From assembly GCA_963674595.2 (NCBI GenBank), contig CAXXFV010000036.1, positions 1 through 64,000 on the forward strand: a stretch of DNA of 64,000 nucleotides. Direction: 5' to 3'. Position 1 is the stretch's first letter. Every line of letters begins with the position of its first letter. The position numbers and the translations under genes are program-made. This DNA is from a bacterium (GTDB lineage Bacteria; Zhuqueibacterota; Zhuqueibacteria; Residuimicrobiales; Krinioviventaceae). Below the pieces are notes generated by a model, which was given only the letters and a program-made list of their open reading frames with translations, was not told where the DNA came from and made no database searches. Below, piece after piece: positions 18,696 through 28,984 of this stretch.

Positions 18696-20924
18696 ATGAG
18701 CCACAGAACGCGCTGGATCGTACTTTACCAGATATTTATTACAACGACACTATTCGCTCAAAGTCAAATAAATATGGAACCAATAACGTTGAACGATTAT
18801 CATCAAAAATATGTGTTTCAACGGTCTGTTTATTCAATCAATTCCACTTTTACATCTAAAGATACCTTATATTTTCTTGAAAAGCCGGAGAATATCTCTA
18901 TTACCGCAGTTGATTCTGTCAGCCGTTATGAGCTTTTAATATCGTTTCAAATAGATTCCGGTTTTGTTCATTTTAAAAAACATTTACTGACGATTGTTGA
19001 TGAAAACAAAAAACAAAAAGCCACCGCCCAATTGGATATTCGCTATAATAATATCCCTTATGTGAACCGCGTTAATGTTTATCAAAAAAGTGTTAAAGTT
19101 GATACGGTCAAGCTGACGCGGTATGACAAAAGTTTTGCCTCTGCTGTTTTTAAAGGCACAGGCTTGTTCCCCAACACGACATTTGAATTTGATGATCCGG
19201 CCGTATCTGTATTAAACGATCCGGGCTGGCGTCTGGAATTTTGTCCTGACAGCATCCGTGTAGGGCTGGAGATTAACAATAACCGGGTCCAGCTCGGTTT
19301 AAAAATGTTTCGGATAAAAAATCAATATACCATGGAAGGCACCGGACAAATTTTTATCCGGAGCGCTTTTCCTCCCAAACTTTTTACGAGGATCCCAGCG
19401 CTTGTAGCCGACGGAAATGAAAAGTCCCTTAAACTTTATGGGGAGAATTTTAAAAAAGGTATGACGGCACATCTTTTACCCAATGAAGGAATGTGTAATG
19501 TGAACGTTATATCTGAAAATCAAATGGATTTGCAATTAAATTTGCCAGTGTTGGATTCCGGGCAGAGTTACCGGCTGGTGCTTGTAAATCCGGACGGTCA
19601 GGCAGATACAACACGTTATTTTACCGTAAAGAGCAAACCTCTGTCAATCGCAAAAATTAATTCCGTTAAAGACGGACGTATTTTTTATGACAGAGACGCG
19701 CATATTATTATCACTGTTCAGGCAACAGATCGCTGGAATTTTAAAAAAGATAAAAATTATGAGGTTAATATAGAGGGGGAGAGGTTTCCGGTTTTAAATG
19801 TCATTAATGATACAACCTGCGAAGCAAGTATTCGTGTTAGGGAAAAACCTTCTCAATTACTGCATCAGCATGTTTTTACGATTAATGAAATTGACCAGTT
19901 ACCCAAATGGAAAGGAATTTTAACAGCGCATGCTCAACCAAAAATTACATATATTTCTACCTACAGAATACTTCATCCGGTAGATACTTTGAGCATTGTT
20001 ATAAAGGGAGAAAATTTAAAAAATGCTGTTTTGCGGTTGGATGAGCCGGATGTATTTTTTCAAATAAAAGAAAACCGGGGAGACCTGATCCGGGCAACCG
20101 TTATCGCCGGCGACGAAGCGGCCTATGGAGAGTATCCTTTACACCTTGTGTTGGACGGTGTTACTTTTATTTCAGAACAGAATACATTTACCATTGAAAA
20201 GTGGCAGGATTTTAGTGAATTTGTGGGTATTGAAACAACCAGCCTTGGATTTATCGCCAGTGAACGTCTTTGGAAATCTTCCGGTCTTGCAAATCCCATA
20301 AAAGCCAAGGATGCCATTGAGGTTAAATTTTTTACCCGTAAATTAAAAGAAAAATTGGGGACACAAAAAATTTTAATCAGTGGTGTTTTAATGGATTCAT
20401 CGCTTACCATAAAAGGTGAAGCATTCGATAAAAAACTCGTCCGGTTGTCCAAAGAAAATGATGTTTATATTTGGCGCTGGCGGGCAAAAGAAAAAATTAA
20501 ATCAGGCGACCGTATCGAAATTACATTAAGCAATCCCGGAAATCAGAACAAGGTAACGGAAATTTTATATGCCAAACCACATTGGTTTGAATCGTTCCAC
20601 GGGTCTACATCAATCGTACTTTTTAAAATACCATTTGGAGGAAGCAACTCCAAAACTGAAATTTTAAAATCAATCGGTATCGGTTTAACATATCAACCGC
20701 CAAATGATGAAAATGAATTTATAGCTTTTGATGCCTCTTTTATTATTGGAAATATAAATTCGGACGACAGTGACTTGTCTGTGGATGTTGGCCTGGGATT
20801 AAGCACAATACTTTGGAAGTATATTCAAATAGGTTTGGGGATGAACCTGTCCGGAGATAATTCCGGTAATGCCTTTATGTTTGTTGGGTCTCGTTTTAAT
20901 TTACCGTTTAATCTGGGATTATAA
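18696..20924 (+). CDS. Secreted hypothetical protein with Ig/IPT-like repeats and C-terminal amphipathic beta strands
   Basis: Signal peptide, recurring G.N(F/L) and V.NPDG IPT-like motifs, alternating-hydrophobic strands at the C-terminus. Confidence 0.6.
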   Translation: MSHRTRWIVLYQIFITTTLFAQSQINMEPITLNDYHQKYVFQRSVYSINSTFTSKDTLYFLEKPENISITAVDSVSRYELLISFQIDSGFVHFKKHLLTIVDENKKQKATAQLDIRYNNIPYVNRVNVYQKSVKVDTVKLTRYDKSFASAVFKGTGLFPNTTFEFDDPAVSVLNDPGWRLEFCPDSIRVGLEINNNRVQLGLKMFRIKNQYTMEGTGQIFIRSAFPPKLFTRIPALVADGNEKSLKLYGENFKKGMTAHLLPNEGMCNVNVISENQMDLQLNLPVLDSGQSYRLVLVNPDGQADTTRYFTVKSKPLSIAKINSVKDGRIFYDRDAHIIITVQATDRWNFKKDKNYEVNIEGERFPVLNVINDTTCEASIRVREKPSQLLHQHVFTINEIDQLPKWKGILTAHAQPKITYISTYRILHPVDTLSIVIKGENLKNAVLRLDEPDVFFQIKENRGDLIRATVIAGDEAAYGEYPLHLVLDGVTFISEQNTFTIEKWQDFSEFVGIETTSLGFIASERLWKSSGLANPIKAKDAIEVKFFTRKLKEKLGTQKILISGVLMDSSLTIKGEAFDKKLVRLSKENDVYIWRWRAKEKIKSGDRIEITLSNPGNQNKVTEILYAKPHWFESFHGSTSIVLFKIPFGGSNSKTEILKSIGIGLTYQPPNDENEFIAFDASFIIGNINSDDSDLSVDVGLGLSTILWKYIQIGLGMNLSGDNSGNAFMFVGSRFNLPFNLGL

Positions 20925-20959
20925 CTTTGCCTGAAATTAAATTTATTTATAATAAAAAT

Positions 20960-20992
20960 AAAAAAAGCGAATCTAAAAGATTCGCTTTTTTT
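20960..20992. terminator. Bidirectional intrinsic terminator
   Basis: AAAAAAAGCGAATCT-AAA-AGATTCGCTTTTTTT between convergent genes. Confidence 0.88.
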
Positions 20993-21015
20993 ATTAAGAA
21001 ATTTTTGTAACAATT

Positions 21016-21957
21016 TTATTTAATTTTACCTTCAATAAACGGCACTTGAAATACTTTGGTGTGCATGATCGGACCGTGCCCAAAGTAACCTTCTTCACCG
21101 AATAACTCACCATGATCAGATGTAACCGTAATATAGGTGTTTTCCGGAACGATATCGTATAATTTTTCAAATAGAGTATCGATATAGGCGATGGCTGCAA
21201 TCTGGCGGTTTTTCAACTGGTCCAGTTTTTCCTGGTCAAAAAACTTTTCTTCGTTTTCTACCAATTTTCCGCCGACAATATGATCGTCCAGATGTTTAAA
21301 TACACCGTGAACACCACTTATTCTGGGCCATTCGTTTTCCGGTTCATCCGGTAAAGCATAGGGGTAATGGGTTTCACCTACATTTAATATATAAAATGAA
21401 GGATAATCCTTGGAAAATGACAGTTTATCAATCATAGCGTTCATGTCATTATGTTTTTCCATGAGTTTGAAATTATCAAAACCAACATTAATTGGTGTTT
21501 TAGGATTAAGGACCGGCAAGGACACCATCGCATTGGTTTTGTAACCCAGTTTGTTTCTCATAAATGGCGGTAAAAAAAGTTGCGGTACAAGATTTTTAAA
21601 CTCGAACCTTTCGACACCAAATCTTTCATTATATTTCAGAAAATCGTTTTTATAATATTCCGATGCATAAACATGAGAAGGTGACGTATGGGGCAAAAGT
21701 CCCATAAGCAAATTATAATGTGATGGAGCTGTCCAGGATGCGTAACTATATCGAGATTCGACATCTCCAAGTTTGAGAATATTTTTAGTTTTTGCTTCAA
21801 TAAAAGTATCGTACCGGCAACTGTCCAGAATTATAATTATATAATTATTCATATTCGAATAGGCCGGCGCCGGTCGCGGTGGTAAAATTCTCGGAATGGG
21901 TCTTGAAATTGTTGTTTGGGTTGATTTTTTTTCTTTTTTCCAAAATGTAAAAGCCAC
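21016..21957 (-). CDS. Sulfatase-like / alkaline-phosphatase superfamily protein
   Basis: IILDSCRYD, ASWTAPSH, THYPY, TSDHGE...GHG and VPF motifs. AGGAG RBS with GTG start. Confidence 0.8.
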   Translation of the reverse strand: MAFTFWKKEKKSTQTTISRPIPRILPPRPAPAYSNMNNYIIIILDSCRYDTFIEAKTKNILKLGDVESRYSYASWTAPSHYNLLMGLLPHTSPSHVYASEYYKNDFLKYNERFGVERFEFKNLVPQLFLPPFMRNKLGYKTNAMVSLPVLNPKTPINVGFDNFKLMEKHNDMNAMIDKLSFSKDYPSFYILNVGETHYPYALPDEPENEWPRISGVHGVFKHLDDHIVGGKLVENEEKFFDQEKLDQLKNRQIAAIAYIDTLFEKLYDIVPENTYITVTSDHGELFGEEGYFGHGPIMHTKVFQVPFIEGKIK

Positions 21958-22019
21958 TACTCGTCTCCTGGTTTGTTCTAATTCACTCTTTCATACTAAA
22001 AAAAATCAAATTTGCGGGA

Positions 22020-24407
22020 TTAAAAATTAATATTCCACGTAAATGATAGATTTCTTCCTGGTTCTACATTAATAAATCCACGGTTAGAAGACAAGTGATT
22101 TTTATAGGATTTATTGGTTATGTTTTCAAAACCTAGTGTAAAATCATGCCCCAGGTCTGCAAAATGAAATGGAATGGTTTTTATATAAATGTCATAATAT
22201 GTATAACCACCTGTTTTTGTCTCCCATGACGCTGTTCTGTCTTGCGAATCAAAAAATGTGGCACATAAATCGAGTGAAAGATATTTTATATCATTAAAGG
22301 ATAAAATAAACTTGCCGTTCAATGGCGCAATTGAAGACAGCGGTGTATTATTATTCAAGTCTTTCCCATAAACATAAGCTGATGCCAGGGAGGCATGTAT
22401 ATGCGGGGATACTTTGTATTGTATTTGCATGTCAAATCCGTATAATTCAGCCCGTCCGATGTTGATCATTTGCAGGGCCGGGCCACCTTCAAATGTTGTT
22501 TCCTCTTCACTAACCAGGTCTGTTAAACGATTATAAAAAACATTACAATTCAAAGAGATTTTATCTGTCCATGTACGAAAACCAAAATCGCTGAAATATC
22601 CTTTTTCCGGTTTTAGCTGATAGTTGCCTAGTCGAACCAAATAGCCTAAATCGATATATTGAAACCGTTCTTCCAGAGATGGTGAACGAAAAGACCGTCC
22701 CAACGTCATGGTTACATCAAAATTTTTCGGCGTGTGCCAAACCAATCCGACATTACCACTCCAGGACTTGTTGTTTTCCGAAACAGTTGGCCAATACTCT
22801 GTTTGTGCCGGGACAGACTTTATGCCGTCTGTTATTTCATAAGCCGGATTTTTAACATTTTCATTTTCTATATGAATAAAGTCATAACGACCACCGGTTG
22901 ATACAATAAGACGTTTGGAAAACAGGTCCATATCGTTTTTAATAAAAAATCCAATTGTTTTAAAAGTTGAAGGAGGTAGAGGATAATCAACAATTGTTTT
23001 ATTAATTGTTTTCATAACCTGAGAAGTCGCAGGGTTAATGACCTCTATTTTAAGGTCTTTGCTGCGTGTACCGGAATATTCTTTCTGCCATCCGTCAATT
23101 CCAAATAACACAACATATCTGTCTTTAAATTTAAAATCAGATTGTGTATGAAAACCTGTTATTTCATGGGTTGCCTGCGGGCTTATCTTTTGGACATTTA
23201 TTTTTTTCGTCGGCTGACCTTCAACAGATGTAATATTGACGATATGAGGTATATTTTCAACATATCTTAAAATGTCTTGTTTGAAAATTTTAAATTCAAA
23301 TTTTTTAAACCAGTTGTTGATATTGCTAAATTGGTATTTAACATCTCCCATTTCTCTTTTTTCTTCAGGATAGCGGACCTCTGCATTGGATGGAAATAAT
23401 GTGCTTCCGCCGGGAATACCCACATCTTGTGCAAAAAATCGTTGGTAATTTACACTAATTTGCTGGTTTTTTGTGATTAAAAAGCTGTTTCGAACACTAA
23501 AATTTTGGTCCTGAAACTGGCTGTTGGGCAGAATACCTTCCGGTGTTTTTATGTTTTCTGCCTTACGAAATGCACCTGAAACCTTAGCATGCCACCAGGA
23601 ATTTCCCATATAAAACTGAATTCTTGACAAGGCGTTTTTATTAACTGTTGAATACCCGTTTTGAATTTGTGAATGTAAATACAATTTTTCAGCATACCAG
23701 GCGTCCTTTGTGATGATATTGACAACACCGCCGGTACCACCGGTGCCATAAAGCGAAGACGCAGCGCCTTTAATAATTTCTACCTGTTCGATATCATACG
23801 TATCGATCATAGATAAACCGGCTGCCAGATTGGTTGCTGTATCAATCCGGTTGCCGTCCACCAGTGTGATAATGTTTGCTTTACTCAATCCTCTGATACT
23901 GACATCTGTCCCCCAAATACCGTCGCGTGTCAGAGAAATTCCGGGTTCATAACTGGCAATTTCAGATATGGTTTTTCCCGGCTCTCTTTTTATATCATAT
24001 ACTCTTACAATACTCAAAGGTATTGAACTGTCTTTTACTTGTTTTTCGTACTTTGTACTGGAAATTGTTACCTGTTCAAGTTTAATGACTTCCGGTTTGA
24101 GATAAAAATCAATTCGTGTTGTATCTGAATTTATAACAACTTTTTGAGTTAATGCCTGATAACCAATAAAATCAACATTAAAAGTATATTCACCGTATGG
24201 AATTTGTTTGATGGAATAAAGTCCATGATTGTTGGTTGAAGAACCTTTCTGGATGTTAAAAAGTGATATGTTGGCGTTAACAAGCGGTCTTTTTGTTTCA
24301 TTATCGTATACATGTCCGGCTAGATAGGTTTGAGAAGATATGGCCGTTGATATGTTATACAAAAATAAAATTAATAATATCGTTCTGGTTTTCATTTTTA
24401 TATCCAT
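22020..24407 (-). CDS. TonB-dependent receptor with N-terminal carboxypeptidase-regulatory-like domain
   Basis: Signal peptide, SIRGL, IEQVEIIKGAASSLYG.GG.GGVVNIITK plug, LKPE, and PGRN...F terminus. Confidence 0.93.
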   Translation of the reverse strand: MDIKMKTRTILLILFLYNISTAISSQTYLAGHVYDNETKRPLVNANISLFNIQKGSSTNNHGLYSIKQIPYGEYTFNVDFIGYQALTQKVVINSDTTRIDFYLKPEVIKLEQVTISSTKYEKQVKDSSIPLSIVRVYDIKREPGKTISEIASYEPGISLTRDGIWGTDVSIRGLSKANIITLVDGNRIDTATNLAAGLSMIDTYDIEQVEIIKGAASSLYGTGGTGGVVNIITKDAWYAEKLYLHSQIQNGYSTVNKNALSRIQFYMGNSWWHAKVSGAFRKAENIKTPEGILPNSQFQDQNFSVRNSFLITKNQQISVNYQRFFAQDVGIPGGSTLFPSNAEVRYPEEKREMGDVKYQFSNINNWFKKFEFKIFKQDILRYVENIPHIVNITSVEGQPTKKINVQKISPQATHEITGFHTQSDFKFKDRYVVLFGIDGWQKEYSGTRSKDLKIEVINPATSQVMKTINKTIVDYPLPPSTFKTIGFFIKNDMDLFSKRLIVSTGGRYDFIHIENENVKNPAYEITDGIKSVPAQTEYWPTVSENNKSWSGNVGLVWHTPKNFDVTMTLGRSFRSPSLEERFQYIDLGYLVRLGNYQLKPEKGYFSDFGFRTWTDKISLNCNVFYNRLTDLVSEEETTFEGGPALQMINIGRAELYGFDMQIQYKVSPHIHASLASAYVYGKDLNNNTPLSSIAPLNGKFILSFNDIKYLSLDLCATFFDSQDRTASWETKTGGYTYYDIYIKTIPFHFADLGHDFTLGFENITNKSYKNHLSSNRGFINVEPGRNLSFTWNINF

Positions 24408-24413
24408 ATTTAG

Positions 24414-26369
24414 TTATATATGTAAAATTAAATATATAAATCTGGCGGATAAAGCCACCGCCATAGCAACAAATATTGTAATTAATGTGGCAAAAATCGT
24501 TTTTTTAGTTCCGATTTCTTTGATTAAAATTCCCAGAGTTGATACACAGGGAATATAAAATACCGTAAAAAGGGTAAATGTAAAAATTTGAATATTTGAC
24601 ATAACCGTTGAAATATCTGTGGTGTCAAGTGCCTGAAAAAGCATGAGCATGGAAAGTTCTTTACGTAAAATGCCGAACACCAGTGTTGTGCCTGTTGCTT
24701 TGGGAAGGTCGAGCACAAATGTTACGGGGCGAAATATTAAATTAATTATTTGATCAATATTGTACCATTCTGCCAGGCTTAAAACTATACTTCCGATAAT
24801 CAATAATGGCCATGCAATATAAATAAAGTCTTTAATTCGAAGCCATGTTTTGGCAAAAATGACTTTTATGGACGGCATTTGATAGGCCGGCATTTCAAGG
24901 ATCATCCCCGGAATATCTTCGGGAAGTAATTTTGAAAGAATTGTTCCGACCAGTGATATAACAACAATATTGAGCACATAAATAAACAAAGCTGCCGTGC
25001 CGCCAAGATAAAATCCAACAAGTCCCATAATGATTGTCATTCTTGCAGAACAGGGGATAAGTATGGATACAACCGAGGCTATGAACCTGTCCCGGGAACT
25101 GGGTAAAATCCGCGTTGCCATAATGGCCGGCACACTGCATCCGTATCCCAGCATACCGGGAATAACGGCTGTTCCATGAAGACCGATTTTGTGCATAAAT
25201 GTATCCATCAGATAGGCTATTCTCGGCAGGTAACCGATATCTTCTATAATAGAAAGCCCGATTAAAAACGGAAGTAAAAACGGTAATACAATGGCCGTGC
25301 CGCCCAAAATTCCCTGAACACTGCCGCTGACCATTTGAAGAATTAACGGATGCCCGGAAAGATTGTTTTGCAAATACGCAAGAATATAATCAATACTGCT
25401 GATTATGGGTTTTTCAATATATGAACCAAAGGAAAAAACCAGATTAAAAAAGACATAGAGAAAAACTCCCATAAATACATATCCCCAAAAGGGATGCATT
25501 AAAACATCATCTACTTTGTCTTTAAAATATGTTTTTGGCCTTTTAATGACGGCTGCTTTTTCAAAAATATGCATGGCCAGTGAATGGCGTTCTGAGGAGA
25601 TTATCTGGTCAGTGGGCTGTCCATGATCTGATTCGAGTTTATTTTCAATTTGTAAAATTTCCGGATTTTTACTGTCCGGGGGTGGAAAGAGTCTGTTGAC
25701 AAAATAAGGGTCTTTTTCCAATATTTTGATGGAGCATAGTCTTGTTTTTATATTTGGAAAAGTTTGCAGGGCCTTTTCCGAAATGATGTGGTTGATTTTT
25801 TCTATACTCTGTTCAACATGTTTACTAAAATTTAAATCACCGGTGGTAATATTTTTCTTTTTTGACAATGTCAAAGCTTTATCAAAAAGTTCTTCAATAC
25901 CGGTTCCTTTTTGTCCGATCGTTTTTACAATCGGAATGCCTAATGTTTGGCTTAAAATATCCTCATCAATGGATATACCTTTGCGCTGGGCTTCATCCAT
26001 CATGTTCAGGCACAAAATCATTGGAATGTCGGTTTCTAAAAGTTCTATTGTCAGTTCAAGACTTCGGCTAAGAATTGAAGAGTCAACAATGTTGATGATG
26101 ACATCAACTTTTTTATCCAACAGGTATTTTTTGCTTTCTTCTGCTGCCTGGTCAAATGCTATTAATGAATAAATTCCGGGCAGGTCGACAAGGTCAAAGG
26201 TTTTCCCTTTAATGTTTACGTGGCTTTCCGTAAAAGTAACCGTGGCACCGGGAAAATTTGTAGCAATAGAACGGTATCCGGCAACATGATTAAAAATTGT
26301 ACTTTTACCACAGTTGGGCTGTCCGATTAACGCAATTCGTAAATGCTGTGATTCTGGTGAATGAGCCAA
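24414..26369 (-). CDS. feoB: Ferrous iron transport protein B
   Basis: GQPNCGKS, NFPGATV, DLPG and NMMD G-motifs; EDIGYLPR, GYGCSVPA and PCSAR membrane motifs. Confidence 0.95.
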   Translation of the reverse strand: MAHSPESQHLRIALIGQPNCGKSTIFNHVAGYRSIATNFPGATVTFTESHVNIKGKTFDLVDLPGIYSLIAFDQAAEESKKYLLDKKVDVIINIVDSSILSRSLELTIELLETDIPMILCLNMMDEAQRKGISIDEDILSQTLGIPIVKTIGQKGTGIEELFDKALTLSKKKNITTGDLNFSKHVEQSIEKINHIISEKALQTFPNIKTRLCSIKILEKDPYFVNRLFPPPDSKNPEILQIENKLESDHGQPTDQIISSERHSLAMHIFEKAAVIKRPKTYFKDKVDDVLMHPFWGYVFMGVFLYVFFNLVFSFGSYIEKPIISSIDYILAYLQNNLSGHPLILQMVSGSVQGILGGTAIVLPFLLPFLIGLSIIEDIGYLPRIAYLMDTFMHKIGLHGTAVIPGMLGYGCSVPAIMATRILPSSRDRFIASVVSILIPCSARMTIIMGLVGFYLGGTAALFIYVLNIVVISLVGTILSKLLPEDIPGMILEMPAYQMPSIKVIFAKTWLRIKDFIYIAWPLLIIGSIVLSLAEWYNIDQIINLIFRPVTFVLDLPKATGTTLVFGILRKELSMLMLFQALDTTDISTVMSNIQIFTFTLFTVFYIPCVSTLGILIKEIGTKKTIFATLITIFVAMAVALSARFIYLILHI

Positions 26370-26372
26370 TTT

Positions 26373-26609
26373 TTAAACTCCGTCCTGTAAAACATGAATA
26401 TGATGCGCCATACCGCGACCGAGGGCGATGTGAATGTTATGAACGATTATTAAAATAGGCCCACCCAAGGGTCCGCCACGTTTTACATATACTTTATCAC
26501 CAATGTGAATCCCCAATTGATTCAGTCTATGCCTTACGCCCCAACCACCGTCGATTTGTAATACAGTGACAGCGGTTTCGGGTTTTATTTTATCCAGTGA
26601 AATGTTCAT
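26373..26609 (-). CDS. feoA: Ferrous iron transport protein A
   Basis: RLNQLGI..G, GPI and IALGRGMA motifs. ATG at 26609. Confidence 0.88.
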   Translation of the reverse strand: MNISLDKIKPETAVTVLQIDGGWGVRHRLNQLGIHIGDKVYVKRGGPLGGPILIIVHNIHIALGRGMAHHIHVLQDGV

Positions 26610-27111
26610 CAACTTGCCTGTCCTTAAAGCTAGGATGGTGCTTATTAAGACAATCATTACATCCTAATACACCGTTACCATATTGCCCACAGTTTTTAAA
26701 ATGAGTAAATATTATTTGCCAGTTATGTGGACATTTTTTTATAAAATTTAAAAAATTTGCCATTGAATTTAATGATTCACGACTAATAATATGTTCCAGT
26801 TTACAAGCTTCCTGTTCCGCTTTTTCAGGCTCAACATCGAGAATATTTACAAGCCAATCCTTAATAATACGATGTGTTTTTTCCAAATCTTTAGCTAATT
26901 GACGTCCCAGGGTTGTCAGGGTAACGTGGCCGTATTGTTCATGGGAAACAAGTTCTTTTTTAACCAACTGGTTCATAACCAGTGAAACACTTGATCTGGT
27001 AACACCACGCCGGTCGGCAATGTCTTTAACTCTTGCCACTTTATTTTCTTTTTCTAAAGCGTGAATGACTTCAATATATTCTTCAGTTGTTGTGTCATGT
27101 GAAGAAATCAT
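26590..27111 (-). CDS. DtxR/MntR-family metal-dependent repressor with Cys-rich tail
   Basis: EEYIEVI, VARVKDIA...VTRSSVS, HRII and EACKLEH motifs. GGAG RBS before ATG at 27111. Confidence 0.9.
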   Translation of the reverse strand: MISSHDTTTEEYIEVIHALEKENKVARVKDIADRRGVTRSSVSLVMNQLVKKELVSHEQYGHVTLTTLGRQLAKDLEKTHRIIKDWLVNILDVEPEKAEQEACKLEHIISRESLNSMANFLNFIKKCPHNWQIIFTHFKNCGQYGNGVLGCNDCLNKHHPSFKDRQVDEHFTG

Positions 27112-27123
27112 ATAAACTCCAAA

Positions 27124-27183
27124 GTTTGGTGCGTCAAACATTGTTTGGTGTGCAAATTTAATAACTTTTAATATATAATGCAA
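27124..27183 (-). promoter_or_regulatory. Promoter and putative DtxR-family operator
   Basis: Minus-strand TTGCAT-17 bp-TAAATT. Palindrome GTTTGGTGCGTCAAAC (27124-27139) and a second copy GTTTGGTGTGCAAA (27143-27156). Confidence 0.6.
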
Positions 27184-27233
27184 TAATTAATTATTGTGAA
27201 AATTGTCATCTTAATTTTATAGCCGACTTTTAC

Positions 27234-27262
27234 TTGACTAAATTTTGTTGATTCGTTATATT
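27234..27262 (+). promoter_or_regulatory. Putative sigma70 promoter
   Basis: TTGACT-17 bp-TATATT. Confidence 0.6.
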
Positions 27263-27285
27263 ATTCACGAATTGAATTAGGAGAT

Positions 27286-27843
27286 TTGATGCGGAATTAT
27301 TTTGTTTATTCCATAATTTTTATTGCCGTTCTTTTCACCTCACCATTTTGTAAAAACTCTGAAATGAGTGAAAAGATCGATATTACTTCCCATTCAATAA
27401 AGCTGTTTTTTGATCCTGTTGATAAATACCTGGCAGCAATTGACACTGTTCAGTTGGACTATAAAAAAAAGACGGATTCTATCTCTTTTTTAATTAATAA
27501 AGATCTGGTTGTTGAATTTATTGGGGTAGGGTATCAGGCTTTTAAATTTAAAAAAATTCTGGTCGATACGATTGATAACTCTCAGGCGGATCGTTATATT
27601 GTTTATTTGCCAAAATCTCTTAGTCCACCAAAAATTGAAATACGTTACAAGGGGTGTATAAAAGAGCTATCTGTTTTACCCAATATGGTACAAGGACAGG
27701 ATGACCTGAGCACGAACGAAAATGTAAAATACATTTTGTATCCGGAAAACATGTGGTACCCATTTTTTAACGATACGACATTAAGTGTTAAAGTTTATAC
27801 ACAGTCACCCATACAATATGAATTTTCAAAAAATGAGGATTAA
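27286..27843 (+). CDS. Exported hypothetical protein resembling the N-terminal beta domain of M1 aminopeptidases
   Basis: Signal peptide, H.I.L.FDP....L...D.V, I.Y.G and WYP motifs. No HEXXH present. Confidence 0.5.
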   Translation: MMRNYFVYSIIFIAVLFTSPFCKNSEMSEKIDITSHSIKLFFDPVDKYLAAIDTVQLDYKKKTDSISFLINKDLVVEFIGVGYQAFKFKKILVDTIDNSQADRYIVYLPKSLSPPKIEIRYKGCIKELSVLPNMVQGQDDLSTNENVKYILYPENMWYPFFNDTTLSVKVYTQSPIQYEFSKNED

Positions 27844-27925
27844 TCCGAGAATCCTGTTTTAAAATTATCATTAATCCCTGAAATAACCTTTTTCCCGAAT
27901 GCTTTTAATATAAAGGAGCAACGTA

Positions 27926-28958
27926 ATGGAAACCATGAAAGCATTAGTAAAAAAAATATGACAAACCCGGATTATGGATGGAACAAGTCCCTATTCCCGA
28001 ATATGGTAATAATGATCTGTTGGTGAAGATTAAAAAAACGGCAATTTGCGGCACTGATTTACATATATATAACTGGGACGAGTGGGCCCAACGTACTATA
28101 AAAACTCCGATGACAATCGGGCACGAGTTTGTGGGCGAAGTTGTGGCCAAAGGAGTAAATGTCAGCGGATATGAGATCGGTGAACGTATATCCGGAGAAG
28201 GCCACATTGTCTGCGGTATTTGCAGAAGCTGTCGCGCGGGCAGGAGACACCTGTGTACAAATACCATTGGTATTGGTGTAAACAGAAACGGTTGTTTTGC
28301 TGAATATTTATGCCTTCCGGCTTCTAATGCCTGGCATATTGACGATAGCATTCCCGATGATATTGTCGCTTTTTTTGATCCCTTTGGAAATGCCACCCAT
28401 GCTGCATTATCTTTTAATATGGTTGGCGAAGATGTGCTGATAACAGGTGCCGGACCAATTGGCGTTATGGCTGTCGGCATTGCAAAACATGTGGGTGCGC
28501 GGAATATCGTTATAACCGATGTTAACGAATACCGTCTGGATTTGGCCCGAAAAATGGGCGCCACCAAGGCCATTAATGTAGCTAAAACCGGTATTAAAGA
28601 AGGCATCAAAGAGCTAAACATGATTGGTTTTGATATTGGGCTGGAAATGAGCGGAAACCCGGCTGCTTTTGAATCCATGCTTGAAAATATGTATCACGGC
28701 GGCAGAATTGCCTTGCTGGGTATTTTACCAAGTATGACCCAAATTGACTGGGACCAAATCATTTTTAAAGGACTTTTTATTAAGGGCATTTATGGCCGTG
28801 AAATTTTTGAAACATGGTATAAAATGCAAACCATGATACAAAGTGGATTGGATATTTCACCTGTTTTAACGCATAAATTTAAATTTGATGATTTTGAAAA
28901 TGGATTTCAGGTAATGAAGTCCGGTGATTGCGGCAAAGTTGTTCTTGAATTAGATTAA
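27926..28958 (+). CDS. tdh: L-threonine 3-dehydrogenase (apparent +1 frameshift in the A8 run at 27949-27956)
   Basis: [25 protein letters not shown]...HLC, GAGPIG and [12 protein letters not shown] motifs. The N-terminus [10 protein letters not shown] after an AAGGAG RBS is out of frame by one A. Confidence 0.92.
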
Positions 28959-28984
28959 TATAATATAACTTATCGGAGGTAATA

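Noticed and set aside
27944-28678. 244-aa antisense ORF and other short shadow ORFs in the track
   Set aside because: They lie opposite or inside well-supported genes (here tdh) and show no recognisable motifs.
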